Source of the DNA: an uncultured bacterium
GTDB taxonomy: Bacteria; Arandabacterota; Arandabacteria; Arandabacterales; JALGWA01
DNA length: 62,724 nt
Direction: 5' to 3'
Assembly: GCA_964604955.1 (NCBI GenBank)
Contig: CAZSBE010000004.1
Span: 1-62,724 of the forward strand
This document shows, in pieces, positions 52,267 through 60,778 of the stretch. The position numbers and the translations under genes were made by a program. The notes beneath the pieces were generated by a model. The model did not search any database. It was not told the DNA's origin and was given only the letters and a program-made list of their open reading frames with translations. Position 1 is the stretch's first letter. Each line of letters starts with the position of its first letter.

Positions 52267-53610
52267 GTGGACTCGATAAGCGTTGCCAAGAAATTGCTGG
52301 GACTGATTGAGAGAAGCGCCGCCGACGCGGGTGAAGTCTACCTGCAGAAGTCGGAGGGCGTGGAGATAGAGGTGAGGGACCAGGCGGTGGAGCGGCTCAA
52401 CAACATCCAGTCGGCCGGTTATGCCCTGAGGCTGGTTGTCGGCGGACGGATGGCCTTCGTATCGAGTTCCGACATGAGAGACGAGTCGCTCGAGCGGACG
52501 GTGGACAAGGGCGTGGACCTGGCGAAGCACTCCACCGCCGATGAATCCAACGTATTCGCGCCGCCATCGCCTGGGAAAATGAATGTCGAGGTATATGACG
52601 GCGGCATAGACGATATCTCCGTAGACCGGAAGGTCGGCCTGCTCAAGGACACGGAGTCGCTCTGCCTCGATTACGATCCCGTCATCTCGAAGATGGAGGG
52701 GCTCGATTACAGCGACAGCAAGACCGAGACGGTTATCGCCAATACCGGGGGCCTCCTGGCAGGCAGATCCTCAACCTTCTTCGAGATCGGCGCGGCAGTT
52801 GTCGCCGAGAGAAACGGGGATGTTGCGAACGGCTGGGAGGGGATGCAGAGCCGGTTCTTCAGCAAGCTCGACGGGCCCTCCGAGCTCGCATCAAGCGCCT
52901 GTGAGAAGGCGATCTCGCGCCTCGGGGCGCTGTCGGTCTCTACCCGGGACGTGCCCGTGATATTCGACCGGGCGGTCGCGTACACGGTGCTCTCCCATCT
53001 CTTCCAGATGGTCAGCGGCGAGAGAATAGCTGCCGGCACGTCCATGCTCGCCGGCAGGATAGGAGAGAAGATCGCCTCCGACCTCGTAACGGTTGTCGAC
53101 GACCCCACGCTCCCCGGCCTCCCGGGAAGCCGCCCGTTCGACGATGAGGGCGTCCCGTCAAGGCGGAACGTGATTCTCGAGAAGGGAGTTCTCAGGCGCT
53201 TTCTCTTCGACGTCGGGACCGGGATGAAGGCAGGGGCGGCTTCGACCGGCAACGCCGGCCGCGGAGGGTTCAGGGCGCTGCCCGGGGTCGGGTCCACCAA
53301 CTACTACCTCGCGGCGGGCGATCAGGCTCCCGGGGACATAATAAAGGCGACCTCCAGCGGGCTGCACGTTACCTCGCTTGCCGGCTGGTGGGTCGGCGTC
53401 AATCCGACCACCGGGGACTTCTCGAGCGGAGCCAGGGGCTTCTGGATTGAAAACGGCGCAGTCGTGCATCCCGTGAAGAACGTCACGATAGCCTCCAACC
53501 TGCTTACGATGCTTGCCGGCATCGACGCGGTGGGGAATGATCTCCTCCACAGGTTTGGAACAGTCGGCCCGACGTTCAGAGTGAGCGAGATGAAGGTCGG
53601 GGGAGACTAG
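52267..53610 (+). CDS. pmbA: PmbA/TldE-family protein (TldD partner), no signal peptide
   Basis: 447 aa. GTG start after AGGAGG. PmbA-like C-terminal region (GDFSSGARGFWIENGAVVHPVKNVTIASNLLTML). Confidence 0.85.
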   Translation: MDSISVAKKLLGLIERSAADAGEVYLQKSEGVEIEVRDQAVERLNNIQSAGYALRLVVGGRMAFVSSSDMRDESLERTVDKGVDLAKHSTADESNVFAPPSPGKMNVEVYDGGIDDISVDRKVGLLKDTESLCLDYDPVISKMEGLDYSDSKTETVIANTGGLLAGRSSTFFEIGAAVVAERNGDVANGWEGMQSRFFSKLDGPSELASSACEKAISRLGALSVSTRDVPVIFDRAVAYTVLSHLFQMVSGERIAAGTSMLAGRIGEKIASDLVTVVDDPTLPGLPGSRPFDDEGVPSRRNVILEKGVLRRFLFDVGTGMKAGAASTGNAGRGGFRALPGVGSTNYYLAAGDQAPGDIIKATSSGLHVTSLAGWWVGVNPTTGDFSSGARGFWIENGAVVHPVKNVTIASNLLTMLAGIDAVGNDLLHRFGTVGPTFRVSEMKVGGD

Positions 53611-53611
53611 G

Positions 53612-54184
53612 CTACTTGTAGACAGCCTTGATCGAGCCCCAGGTTCCCGGCAGCGTCGAGGTCGGGCAAGTCAGCACCGTCCTCTGGACCTTGCCGAGCA
53701 GTATGCCCGACTTCTCGGTGGCGTACCACCTCAGGACCGCCCGGTTGGTGCTGGAGAGCACCGTGAATCCGCTGAGATGGGATCCCGGCACTATGGGATT
53801 GGATTCGGTACAGAACGACAGGCTTCGCCCGCCTGCCCCCAGCGCCTGTGGGTACTCCGTCGCCGTCCAGCCCGGAGGGCAGTCGAGAACCTCCATGAAA
53901 GTGTTGTTCAGCCCCACTATCTCGATGGCGTAGACGGGCCTCCATGCCGATTCGAACACGTCGACCTTGAAAGCGAAGATGGCGCCCTTGTAGGTGGGCC
54001 TGCAGTCCAGCAGTCTCAAAGTCGCTGTGGCGGACGGTATTCTATCGAAGTCCCCTTCGTCATAGGGCATAAGGTGCGCAGTGTCGCGCGCAAACAAACC
54101 CTTTGACAGCGCCCCTCCGGGTGCTACCATAAGCGTGATGAGGCCGAGAGCGACAAGTGCGTATTTGTACCTGGAAGTCCTCAA
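53612..54184 (-). CDS. Hypothetical secreted protein ending in the TWGSIKAVYK tag
   Basis: TTG at 54184 has GAGGAGG 7 nt upstream; the tracked start is 54208. Signal peptide (YALVALGLITLMVAPGGA). Cys-containing beta-rich body. The C-terminus resembles that of the 733 aa protein. Confidence 0.6.
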   Translation of the reverse strand: MRTSRYKYALVALGLITLMVAPGGALSKGLFARDTAHLMPYDEGDFDRIPSATATLRLLDCRPTYKGAIFAFKVDVFESAWRPVYAIEIVGLNNTFMEVLDCPPGWTATEYPQALGAGGRSLSFCTESNPIVPGSHLSGFTVLSSTNRAVLRWYATEKSGILLGKVQRTVLTCPTSTLPGTWGSIKAVYK

Positions 54185-54326
54185 AGCAAAGCCTCCTCGG
54201 GGCCGCAAGCGGCCATAAACGCGCAGACCTCCAGTGCCGGTCGGGTCCAGCCGGAGCCGCCCCTGCTCAGGTCCTGGAGGATCTTCGACAGTTACTATAC
54301 TAAATCAGTCGGAGTTTCGCTACAGT

Positions 54327-55208
54327 ATGTCTCAATTCTTGGATGATCGGGCCGGCAAAAGGGATGCAGGAATAGGGACCATTGCGGCCCCTGATTTCGA
54401 CCTGGGCCTCTCGATGGGCTGCGGGCAGGTGTTCGGCTGGGAGTGGGAAGGTGACTGGTGCTCCGGGGTGATCGGCGGCCGCGCCGTGGCGCTCCGGCAA
54501 GAGGGCCGGCGGATCCACTACGTTGCCGAGAAGGGCGCAGACCCGGCGAGAATCGCTTCGTATCTCGGTCTGGACGAGAAATACAGGCGCATAATGCGCT
54601 CAATAAGCGTGGACGGTTTCATGGAGAGGGTCATAGCCTCGGCCCGGGGCCTCCGGATTCTCAAGCAGGACCCGTGGCCATGCCTGGGTTCCTATATCCT
54701 CTCATCCAATAACCGCGTCGAGCGCATACAGGCGCTCGTCAGGCGGATCTCCATGAGAATGGGCGACGAGCGCGCCGTCCGCGACAGGCTGGTCTACGCC
54801 TTCCCGGAACCCGAAGTCCTCGGTGCCTGTCACGAAAAGGACATCCGCGGTTGCGGCGCCGGGTTCCGCTCGCCGTATCTAAATGAATCGGCGAGAATTA
54901 TCGCCGCCGGAAAGGTAGACCTCGGCGGCCTGGCGGACCTCTCATACGCCGAGGCCAAAGAGGAGCTCAAGACCATGCCCGGGGTGGGAGAGAAGGTCGC
55001 CGACTGCGTGCTGCTCTTCGCCTTCTCCTTCTACGAAGCCTTTCCAGTGGACGTGTGGATCAAGCGCGCCGTGGAGAAAGTCTACTTCGATTCGCGCGAG
55101 GTCAAGGTCCGCGAGATACATGAATTCGCCCGCTCGCATTTCGGCCCCTACGCCGGCTACGCCCAGGAGTATATCTACCACTACGCGCGCGAGGGCGGGC
55201 TCGAGTAG
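54327..55208 (+). CDS. ogg: 8-oxoguanine DNA glycosylase/AP lyase (Ogg, HhH-GPD family)
   Basis: HhH-GPD motif LKTMPGVGEKVADCVLLFAFSFYEAFPVDVWIKR retains the catalytic Lys and Asp positions of OGG1-type enzymes. The ATG at 54327 is preferred over the tracked 54234. Confidence 0.75.
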   Translation: MSQFLDDRAGKRDAGIGTIAAPDFDLGLSMGCGQVFGWEWEGDWCSGVIGGRAVALRQEGRRIHYVAEKGADPARIASYLGLDEKYRRIMRSISVDGFMERVIASARGLRILKQDPWPCLGSYILSSNNRVERIQALVRRISMRMGDERAVRDRLVYAFPEPEVLGACHEKDIRGCGAGFRSPYLNESARIIAAGKVDLGGLADLSYAEAKEELKTMPGVGEKVADCVLLFAFSFYEAFPVDVWIKRAVEKVYFDSREVKVREIHEFARSHFGPYAGYAQEYIYHYAREGGLE

Positions 55209-55239
55209 GAAGGCTTTGCAGGAGAGCTGGCAGCCGCTG

Positions 55240-57441
55240 CTACCGGAACATGGCCTTGATGGCTCCCCAGGTCGTGGGCTCCACCCGCTGCGGCCCCCAG
55301 CCGCAGGGTTGATCGCCCTCGGCCCCGCAGACCCCGCCGCTATATGACATCATGACATCATAGGGGCCGTAGTGGCAGGTGATCACCTTGGGAGCGTACC
55401 ATGTCGGAGGCGCGATGATGCTTATGCGCCCCGGGCCGGTTGCGTCCACCCGGCCGTAACCGGTGAAGCAGAGGTTGCCCGTCCGGCATTCCGACCAGGT
55501 CTGCGATATGGCGTCACCCGGGTGCACGATCTCACCGATTGCCATGTCGCTGCAGCTTATGAATGATATCGAGCCCCATTCCGCGGGCCAGGTGAGGCCG
55601 TACTCGAAGCCCTGGTACTCGTCCAGGCCGAAGAAGACGGTGAAGAAGTCGACTTCGCAGGCGGGCTCGGTCCAGCATATTTCCTCACAGAATTGGATCT
55701 CGGGGAAGTCCTCCGAACATGTTCTGGAAGCGTCCCGGGGGAGCACGTGAATCGCGGCCAGACCCTCCTGGCTGGTTCCGCAGAGAGACGTCCTGAGCGT
55801 CGTTCTTACCGGCCCGATCTCCGCGCTCGTGATCTCACATCTGTTCTCGATGCGCCATTCGTATATCCAGTCCTCCCGGACCTCGACGAGCGCGCTTTCG
55901 CTGCCTTCGGTGCCCGCAGGCAGGACGCCGACGGGCCACGTTATAACATGACTCCCCGGGTCGTATGTCCCGCCGCCGCTTGCCGAGACGAAGATCACCC
56001 CCGAGGCCAGGCTGTCGGTGAGCACGACGTCATGAAGGTCCATGGGCTGGGGATTGCCGAAGGTGATGGTGTATGCTATGGGATCACCGGGATCGATACA
56101 GTCCCCGCCGGTGTCGTCGACCTTCGCCAGCGCTATGGGGCCGAAGTCGCAGAGCCGGACATCTGCCGACGCCCTGGCTGTCTCGGTTTCATCGCTCCCG
56201 ATGGCGCAGGCGTTGGAAAGCAGCTTATTCGGCGCGCAATCCCAGGTGGCCTGCGCCCTTATCTCCTCCGAGCCGGCAGTCCCGGGTGGAAGAGTGCCCA
56301 GGTCATACCTGAGCGTCCGGCCTTCCGGATCGTAACTGTAATCGCCCGTCGCAGCCGTGAGCTCCAGGCAGGGCGGCAGGGTGTCAACAAGAACGACATT
56401 GTGGATGTCCGCCGGCTGCCCCGGGGTCCCGTAAGTCAGGGTGTATGTGATTGTATCCCCGGGGGCCGGGCACTCGCCCGCGAACGCTGCGCCCACGGCC
56501 AGGTCGACAGGGACGAGTCCGCACACCTCGGTGAAGCAGTGCGCAGCGCTCGCTACGCAGTTGTAGCATGTTATGCGGCAGTAATTGTAAAGTGTGTCCC
56601 CCGGTTGAACCCCGCTCCCTGCAGTGACCAGCACCCCGACGGTGTCGGTCTCTCCCCGTGAGATCCTCTCAATGTACCAGGTGACCGTATGGCTCATCCC
56701 GTCATAGACCCCGCCGTCTGTTGCCTCCACGAAATCGCACGCGGCCGGCAGCTCGTCAACTACCGTAACGGCCGACGCATCCGGAACGACGCCAGGACTG
56801 TATAAAGTGATGGTGTAGGAGATAGGCTGGCCCGCGGCCACGCATCCGGCGCCCACGCCGTCGACTTTGGTGGCGAATATCTGAGTCGGGTACCCGCACG
56901 GAAAGTCGCCTTCCGCCCCGCAGACGCCGCCGTCGAATATCAGGAAGGGCTCACCCTCCTGAAACAGGCAATCCACGATGAATATCTCCCAGTAGTGAAG
57001 GGGCGACTGGCCGGGCTCAATCGCGACCGTGCCGGGCGTTGTCGCCGTGAGCGAGACCCACCCGGGGATGCAGTACGGGTTTATCTGACATTCCTGCCAG
57101 GCCACGATCATGCCGTCGCCGGACCGGCTTATGTCACCTATGGCGAGGTCGGCGCAATGCGTAAAAACGCCGCTTCCCCATTCGGCGGGCCACACAAGTC
57201 GGTACTGGACGGCCGTGCACCCGTATATGTCGAAGACCACCGGAAAGACGTCCACATCTCCGCAACCATCGTATCTCCAGCATATATCCGAGCAGTAATC
57301 GATCACAGGAAGGTCGTTGCAGGTCTGCTGGGGGTCGTGGGCCTCGATATGCACCGCGATCTTGGCGTTAGGATTCTGCCCGGGATGTGCCGAGGAGGCG
57401 AGAAGGCACACAAGGGCGGCAAATACTGCAGGCAATTTCAT
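55240..57441 (-). CDS. Large secreted/surface protein: duplicated Cys-rich domain flanking three DUF11-like repeats, with C-terminal TTWGAIKAMFR tag
   Basis: 733 aa. Signal peptide (MKLPAVFAALVCLLASSAHPG). Cys-rich domain copies at aa 26-183 and 561-714. Repeats contain G(D/Q)PI.YTIT ... V.(V/L).D.LP ... T(V/L).W. GGAGGG RBS. Confidence 0.8.
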   Translation of the reverse strand: MKLPAVFAALVCLLASSAHPGQNPNAKIAVHIEAHDPQQTCNDLPVIDYCSDICWRYDGCGDVDVFPVVFDIYGCTAVQYRLVWPAEWGSGVFTHCADLAIGDISRSGDGMIVAWQECQINPYCIPGWVSLTATTPGTVAIEPGQSPLHYWEIFIVDCLFQEGEPFLIFDGGVCGAEGDFPCGYPTQIFATKVDGVGAGCVAAGQPISYTITLYSPGVVPDASAVTVVDELPAACDFVEATDGGVYDGMSHTVTWYIERISRGETDTVGVLVTAGSGVQPGDTLYNYCRITCYNCVASAAHCFTEVCGLVPVDLAVGAAFAGECPAPGDTITYTLTYGTPGQPADIHNVVLVDTLPPCLELTAATGDYSYDPEGRTLRYDLGTLPPGTAGSEEIRAQATWDCAPNKLLSNACAIGSDETETARASADVRLCDFGPIALAKVDDTGGDCIDPGDPIAYTITFGNPQPMDLHDVVLTDSLASGVIFVSASGGGTYDPGSHVITWPVGVLPAGTEGSESALVEVREDWIYEWRIENRCEITSAEIGPVRTTLRTSLCGTSQEGLAAIHVLPRDASRTCSEDFPEIQFCEEICWTEPACEVDFFTVFFGLDEYQGFEYGLTWPAEWGSISFISCSDMAIGEIVHPGDAISQTWSECRTGNLCFTGYGRVDATGPGRISIIAPPTWYAPKVITCHYGPYDVMMSYSGGVCGAEGDQPCGWGPQRVEPTTWGAIKAMFR

Positions 57442-57471
57442 CGTCTCGCATCCCTCCAGAGGTCAGCCCCG

Positions 57472-57500
57472 ATTATACCATAGACGCGGCGCATTGGGAA
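57472..57500 (-). promoter_or_regulatory. Sigma70-type promoter (extended -10) for the 733 aa surface protein gene
   Basis: On the minus strand: TTCCCA-N17-TATAAT with a TGG directly upstream of the -10 (TGnTATAAT). Lies about 30 nt upstream of the start codon. Confidence 0.4.
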
Positions 57501-57585
57501 GGCCTCGTATGTTTCAACATTGTTGCCCGGGCCTACCCGCCCGGCGACCCTTATCGACGGGGGCCCGAGTCATGGGGCGATTGTG

Positions 57586-57614
57586 TTGACATGAGCCCGG
57601 CGGTGCGGTAATCA
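57586..57614 (+). promoter_or_regulatory. Sigma70-type promoter for the small membrane protein gene
   Basis: TTGACA-N17-TAATCA, about 50 nt upstream of the ATG at 57665. Confidence 0.35.
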
Positions 57615-57664
57615 GGGAAAGTGGATGTCTGCAGGGAAAGTGAGCATCTGAAAGGGGGGGAGAC

Positions 57665-57907
57665 ATGACTCTGGAAGCAATCCGTTCCATGCTCGGTTGG
57701 TGTACGCTGATAAACTGGGGGATACTCCTGTTCTGGTACCTGTTTCTGAGGGTGGCCCACGACTGGGTGTACCGGCTTCACTGCGGTTGGATGGAGATCC
57801 CGGTGGAGCGGTTCGACGCCATACACTACGGGGGCATGATGGGGTATAAGCTGGCCGTGCTCGTGTTCAACCTCGCCCCCTACCTGGCCCTGCGCATCAT
57901 CGGCTGA
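57665..57907 (+). CDS. Small two-TM membrane protein (conserved hypothetical)
   Basis: 80 aa. Strong RBS (AAAGGGGGGGAG). Two hydrophobic helices flank HDWVYRLHCGWMEIPVERFDAIHYGGM. From memory only, it resembles a small DUF-type family. Confidence 0.6.
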   Translation: MTLEAIRSMLGWCTLINWGILLFWYLFLRVAHDWVYRLHCGWMEIPVERFDAIHYGGMMGYKLAVLVFNLAPYLALRIIG

Positions 57908-57973
57908 GCCTCGGGGCCCGTCCGGCTCGGGGACGGCACAAGCTTGTCTGGACCTCGGCGAGGGCTAACGCAA

Positions 57974-57997
57974 AGAGGGGGGCCCGGGCCCCCCTCT
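57974..57997. terminator. Perfect 24 nt GC-rich palindrome between convergent genes (bidirectional terminator candidate)
   Basis: AGAGGGGGGCCC/GGGCCCCCCTCT lies between the small membrane protein gene (+) and the ferredoxin gene (-). Confidence 0.5.
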
Positions 57998-58019
57998 GGA
58001 AGTTACCTGACGCAGAGAG

Positions 58020-58205
58020 CTACTCTATCTTAATGGCCTCGACAGGGCAGTCATCGGCGGCTTCCTGGGCGCTGTCTTCGAGTTCTTCAGGGATTGGGTC
58101 GACCTTGACGACCGCGACATCGCCCTGCATCTCGTAGACTTCGGGACAGGTCTGGGTACAGAGTTCGCATCCGCTGCAGAGGTCCGCGTCCACTGTTGCC
58201 TTCAT
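58020..58205 (-). CDS. Small single-cluster ferredoxin
   Basis: 61 aa. CSGCELCTQTCP ... DCP cysteine pattern typical of short 4Fe-4S/3Fe-4S ferredoxins. The start overlaps the DHH gene stop (ATGA). Confidence 0.85.
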   Translation of the reverse strand: MKATVDADLCSGCELCTQTCPEVYEMQGDVAVVKVDPIPEELEDSAQEAADDCPVEAIKIE

Positions 58206-59335
58206 TGTTTCACCTCCTTCTTGGTGTTGATCTTGTCGCCGTTTCCGGAGTCCCCGGTGGACCCGCTTTCTTGTTTATCGGCAGCCGGAGGAGGCAGGAG
58301 CCTGCCGGGCTCGCCACTTCCGGGCTTGCCTGTGAACCTGAAGAAATTGGCTACGAGCCTCTTCTCCATTTCGTCTCTTTCGTTTTCACTCTTGCCGGTG
58401 CAGTCCACCTGGCCCCCGGCGATCATATCATGACCGCCGGCCGTTCCCAGGGGGCGTGCTATCTTGCGGGCCAGCACTCCCGCCCGGCCCTTCTCCCTGG
58501 TCGTCCGCAGCGAGAACAATATGGTGTTCCTGTACCGGCCCGTGCACATGCACCAGCTCATCCGGTTGAGCGCGATCAGCATCTCCGCGAGGAGGGCGAC
58601 GATGTCCGGGTTCTCGACCGCTCCCAGGCTGGTGGCAATGGCGTTCTTGTATGTTCCGGCGTTGTTTATGGCAGTAGCGAGGTACGCGAAGTGGTTCTTG
58701 TCCAGCGCCGGGTGCCTTATCTTGGAAAGCGCCTTCTTGTTGGTCCTGGGAAAGAGGGCAATGTATGCATTTGTGTCGGCTTCAGAGGCTTCGCGGCCCA
58801 GGTCCTGGGTCTCCGAGCCGATGCCGTAAAATAGGGCCGTGGCCAGGTTAGCCGGGATATCGAGCCTGCTCGCTACCAGGTACTCGGTCATTATGGTTGC
58901 ATTGGCCCCGTAGTCGGGTCTCACATCCAGAAAAGGCGCCGCGGTGGTCTTCCTCAGGGGATGGTGGTCGATGACTCCCTTGGCCTTGACGCTCCTCGGC
59001 ATGGAGTTATTGCCCGTCATGGGCTGCGTATCGATGAGAACCACTGACTGGTAGCGCTTTATGGTCGACTCGGTGAGCTTGACGGTTTGTATTCGGAGGT
59101 GGCGGAGCATTGCCCGGTTCTCGGCCCGGCCTATCATGCCGCCGTAGCCGATCTTGACGCGTATGCCGGTCAGCTTCGAGATGATGTACTTCAGGCATGA
59201 GGCCGACGCCAGGGCGTCCGGGTCGGGATTGTCATGCGTGAGTATGAGGAGCGAACGGCTGCCCTTGAGGGTGCCCAGCAGCTCCTGGAGCTTCGCCTGA
59301 GACAATTCCACTGATGCTGGAGCCTTGTTGGCCAA
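58202..59335 (-). CDS. DHH/DHHA1 family phosphoesterase (NrnA-like)
   Basis: 377 aa. Motifs THDNPDPDALASA, VLIDT, VIDHHP and GTAGGHDMIAGGQ. TTG start after GGGGGAGG. Low-complexity C-terminal tail. Confidence 0.85.
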   Translation of the reverse strand: MANKAPASVELSQAKLQELLGTLKGSRSLLILTHDNPDPDALASASCLKYIISKLTGIRVKIGYGGMIGRAENRAMLRHLRIQTVKLTESTIKRYQSVVLIDTQPMTGNNSMPRSVKAKGVIDHHPLRKTTAAPFLDVRPDYGANATIMTEYLVASRLDIPANLATALFYGIGSETQDLGREASEADTNAYIALFPRTNKKALSKIRHPALDKNHFAYLATAINNAGTYKNAIATSLGAVENPDIVALLAEMLIALNRMSWCMCTGRYRNTILFSLRTTREKGRAGVLARKIARPLGTAGGHDMIAGGQVDCTGKSENERDEMEKRLVANFFRFTGKPGSGEPGRLLPPPAADKQESGSTGDSGNGDKINTKKEVKQ

Positions 59336-59359
59336 AAAGGACCTCCCCCCGCGCGCTAC

Positions 59360-59689
59360 CTAGCCGGTGCGGAGCTTCCTGAATTCGATCTCTTCCCAGG
59401 TACTGGTGGCCTCGTCCCACTTGTAAAGCTGGACGCGATAGGAAACCTCGTCATCGGAGTACACGTATTTCTCCTGGGTCTCTCCGCCTATACGCCTCGA
59501 GTACTTCATCTGTCTGTCGAGAACGACCGCCTTCGAAGTCCTCTCCAGTTTCATCTTGCCGCCGGCGCCCGTGAAGATCACAGTCTCAATCTTGGTCCTG
59601 CGCTCGGGAATCTCCTCAACGTTCTTCTCGTCGACCCCGAACTTCTCTTCGATCTCCTCTACGAGGTAGTACCACTTCTCATCTATCAA
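59360..59689 (-). CDS. Hypothetical protein
   Basis: TTG at 59689 has AAGGAGG 7 nt upstream; the tracked start is 59740. 109 aa acidic protein (IDEKWYYLVEEIEEKFGVDEKNVEE...). First gene of the DHH-ferredoxin operon. No family recognised. Confidence 0.5.
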   Translation of the reverse strand: MIDEKWYYLVEEIEEKFGVDEKNVEEIPERRTKIETVIFTGAGGKMKLERTSKAVVLDRQMKYSRRIGGETQEKYVYSDDEVSYRVQLYKWDEATSTWEEIEFRKLRTG

Positions 59690-59757
59690 GGGCGTACCCT
59701 CCTTCCCCGGAAAACTAGCACAGGGAACGGGCCAATTCAAACAGTTTGCTGTAACTT

Positions 59758-59786
59758 ATTATATCGCTTGAAATTATGCATGTTAA
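59758..59786 (-). promoter_or_regulatory. Sigma70-type promoter for the hypothetical-DHH-ferredoxin operon
   Basis: On the minus strand: TTAACA-N17-TATAAT, within a locally AT-rich divergent intergenic region. Confidence 0.4.
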
Positions 59787-59910
59787 TGATGTGGACGCGC
59801 GTTGACAAGTGTTTTCTTGCGGGCCCGGGCGGCGCGTTCTTATGCCTTGACTCCGGCCTCGATTAATGGCACATTATGGCTGGCAGTATCGAAAGCGGGG
59901 TGATAGCGCG

Positions 59911-60282
59911 ATGTATACAGAAAAAGTGATGGACCACTTCATGAACCCGCGGAACGTGGGCGAGATTGAGGGGGCGGACGGGAGCGGGACTGTCGGGAAT
60001 CCCGTATGCGGCGACATGATGACCTTCTACATAAAGGTGAAGGACGACCGCATCGACGACATCAAGTTCAAGACTTTCGGCTGCGGCGCGGCCATAGCGG
60101 TGTCCAGCATGGTCAGCGAGATGGCCAAGGGCAAGACGCTGGATGAGGCCATGAAGATTACCAACAGGGACGTGGCCAGGGAGCTGGACGGTCTTCCCAA
60201 GAACAAGATGCATTGTTCGAACCTGGGAGCAGACGCGCTTCATGAGGCTATCAAGAACTACCGTGAACAGGCGAAATCCTGA
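59911..60282 (+). CDS. iscU: Fe-S cluster scaffold IscU/NifU-like
   Basis: MYTEKVMDHFMNPRNVGEIEGADGSGTVGNPVCGDMMTFYIKV...FKTFGCGAAIAVSS...MHCSNLGADALHEAIKNY carries the three conserved Cys. The ATG at 59911 is preferred over the tracked 59866. Confidence 0.9.
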   Translation: MYTEKVMDHFMNPRNVGEIEGADGSGTVGNPVCGDMMTFYIKVKDDRIDDIKFKTFGCGAAIAVSSMVSEMAKGKTLDEAMKITNRDVARELDGLPKNKMHCSNLGADALHEAIKNYREQAKS

Positions 60283-60298
60283 TAGGGGGTTTTGAGAA

Positions 60299-60484
60299 AT
60301 GGCCAAGAACAGTTCTTCATCACGTAAGAAGGGTGAAGCCCCCTGTGCGTGTCCTTTCTGCGATGCCCCGATGGACAAGGTATATCCCTTCTGCAAGTCC
60401 TGCGGCAAGGACCTCAAGCGCTGTCCCTCCTGCGGCAAGGTCATTCCTCAGGATGAGGAAGCCTGCCCCGAGTGCAAGGGATAG
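60299..60484 (+). CDS. Small double zinc-ribbon protein
   Basis: 61 aa with four CxxC pairs (CPFC, CKSC, CPSC, CPEC). Confidence 0.6.
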   Translation: MAKNSSSSRKKGEAPCACPFCDAPMDKVYPFCKSCGKDLKRCPSCGKVIPQDEEACPECKG

Positions 60485-60532
60485 TCTCTTTCACCTCAGG
60501 CCCCCGGGCATTTTAAGACCAGAGAAAGCGTT

Positions 60533-60778
60533 ATGACGGACAAGTGCGACCTGCTGCTGGACCTCTCGGGCGTGAATTGCCCATACAGCATGCTCGAGCT
60601 CAATGCCACATTCAGAGACATGAAGGCCGGCGCGACCGCGGAGATAATCGCCGACCGCGCCTCGATAATCGAAGAGATCCAGAAGTGGTGCGCGGGCACG
60701 GGAAACGAGGTAGTCAGCTCCGCTACAGATGCCGACGGGGCAGCCTTGACAGTAAGACTCGTCGTGAGGAAGGCGTGA
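60533..60778 (+). CDS. TusA/SirA-family sulfur carrier protein
   Basis: 81 aa. LLLDLSGVNCPYSMLELNATFRDMKAGATAEIIADRASIIEEIQKWC contains the conserved Cys-Pro motif. Confidence 0.8.
   Translation: MTDKCDLLLDLSGVNCPYSMLELNATFRDMKAGATAEIIADRASIIEEIQKWCAGTGNEVVSSATDADGAALTVRLVVRKA

Noticed and set aside
54234-54326. Tracked start of the Ogg gene at 54234.
   Set aside because: The extra 31 residues are Ser/Pro/Gly-rich and unlike HhH-GPD glycosylases. ATG 54327 is preferred, though the RBS there is weak, so the start remains uncertain.
60544-60777. Tracked 598 aa version of the amidohydrolase, starting at 60544.
   Set aside because: The first 78 codons run through the TusA-like gene in another frame and translate to Arg-rich junk. 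ATG 60778 forms a TGATG junction with the TusA-like gene's stop codon and is followed by the conserved amidohydrolase N-terminus.
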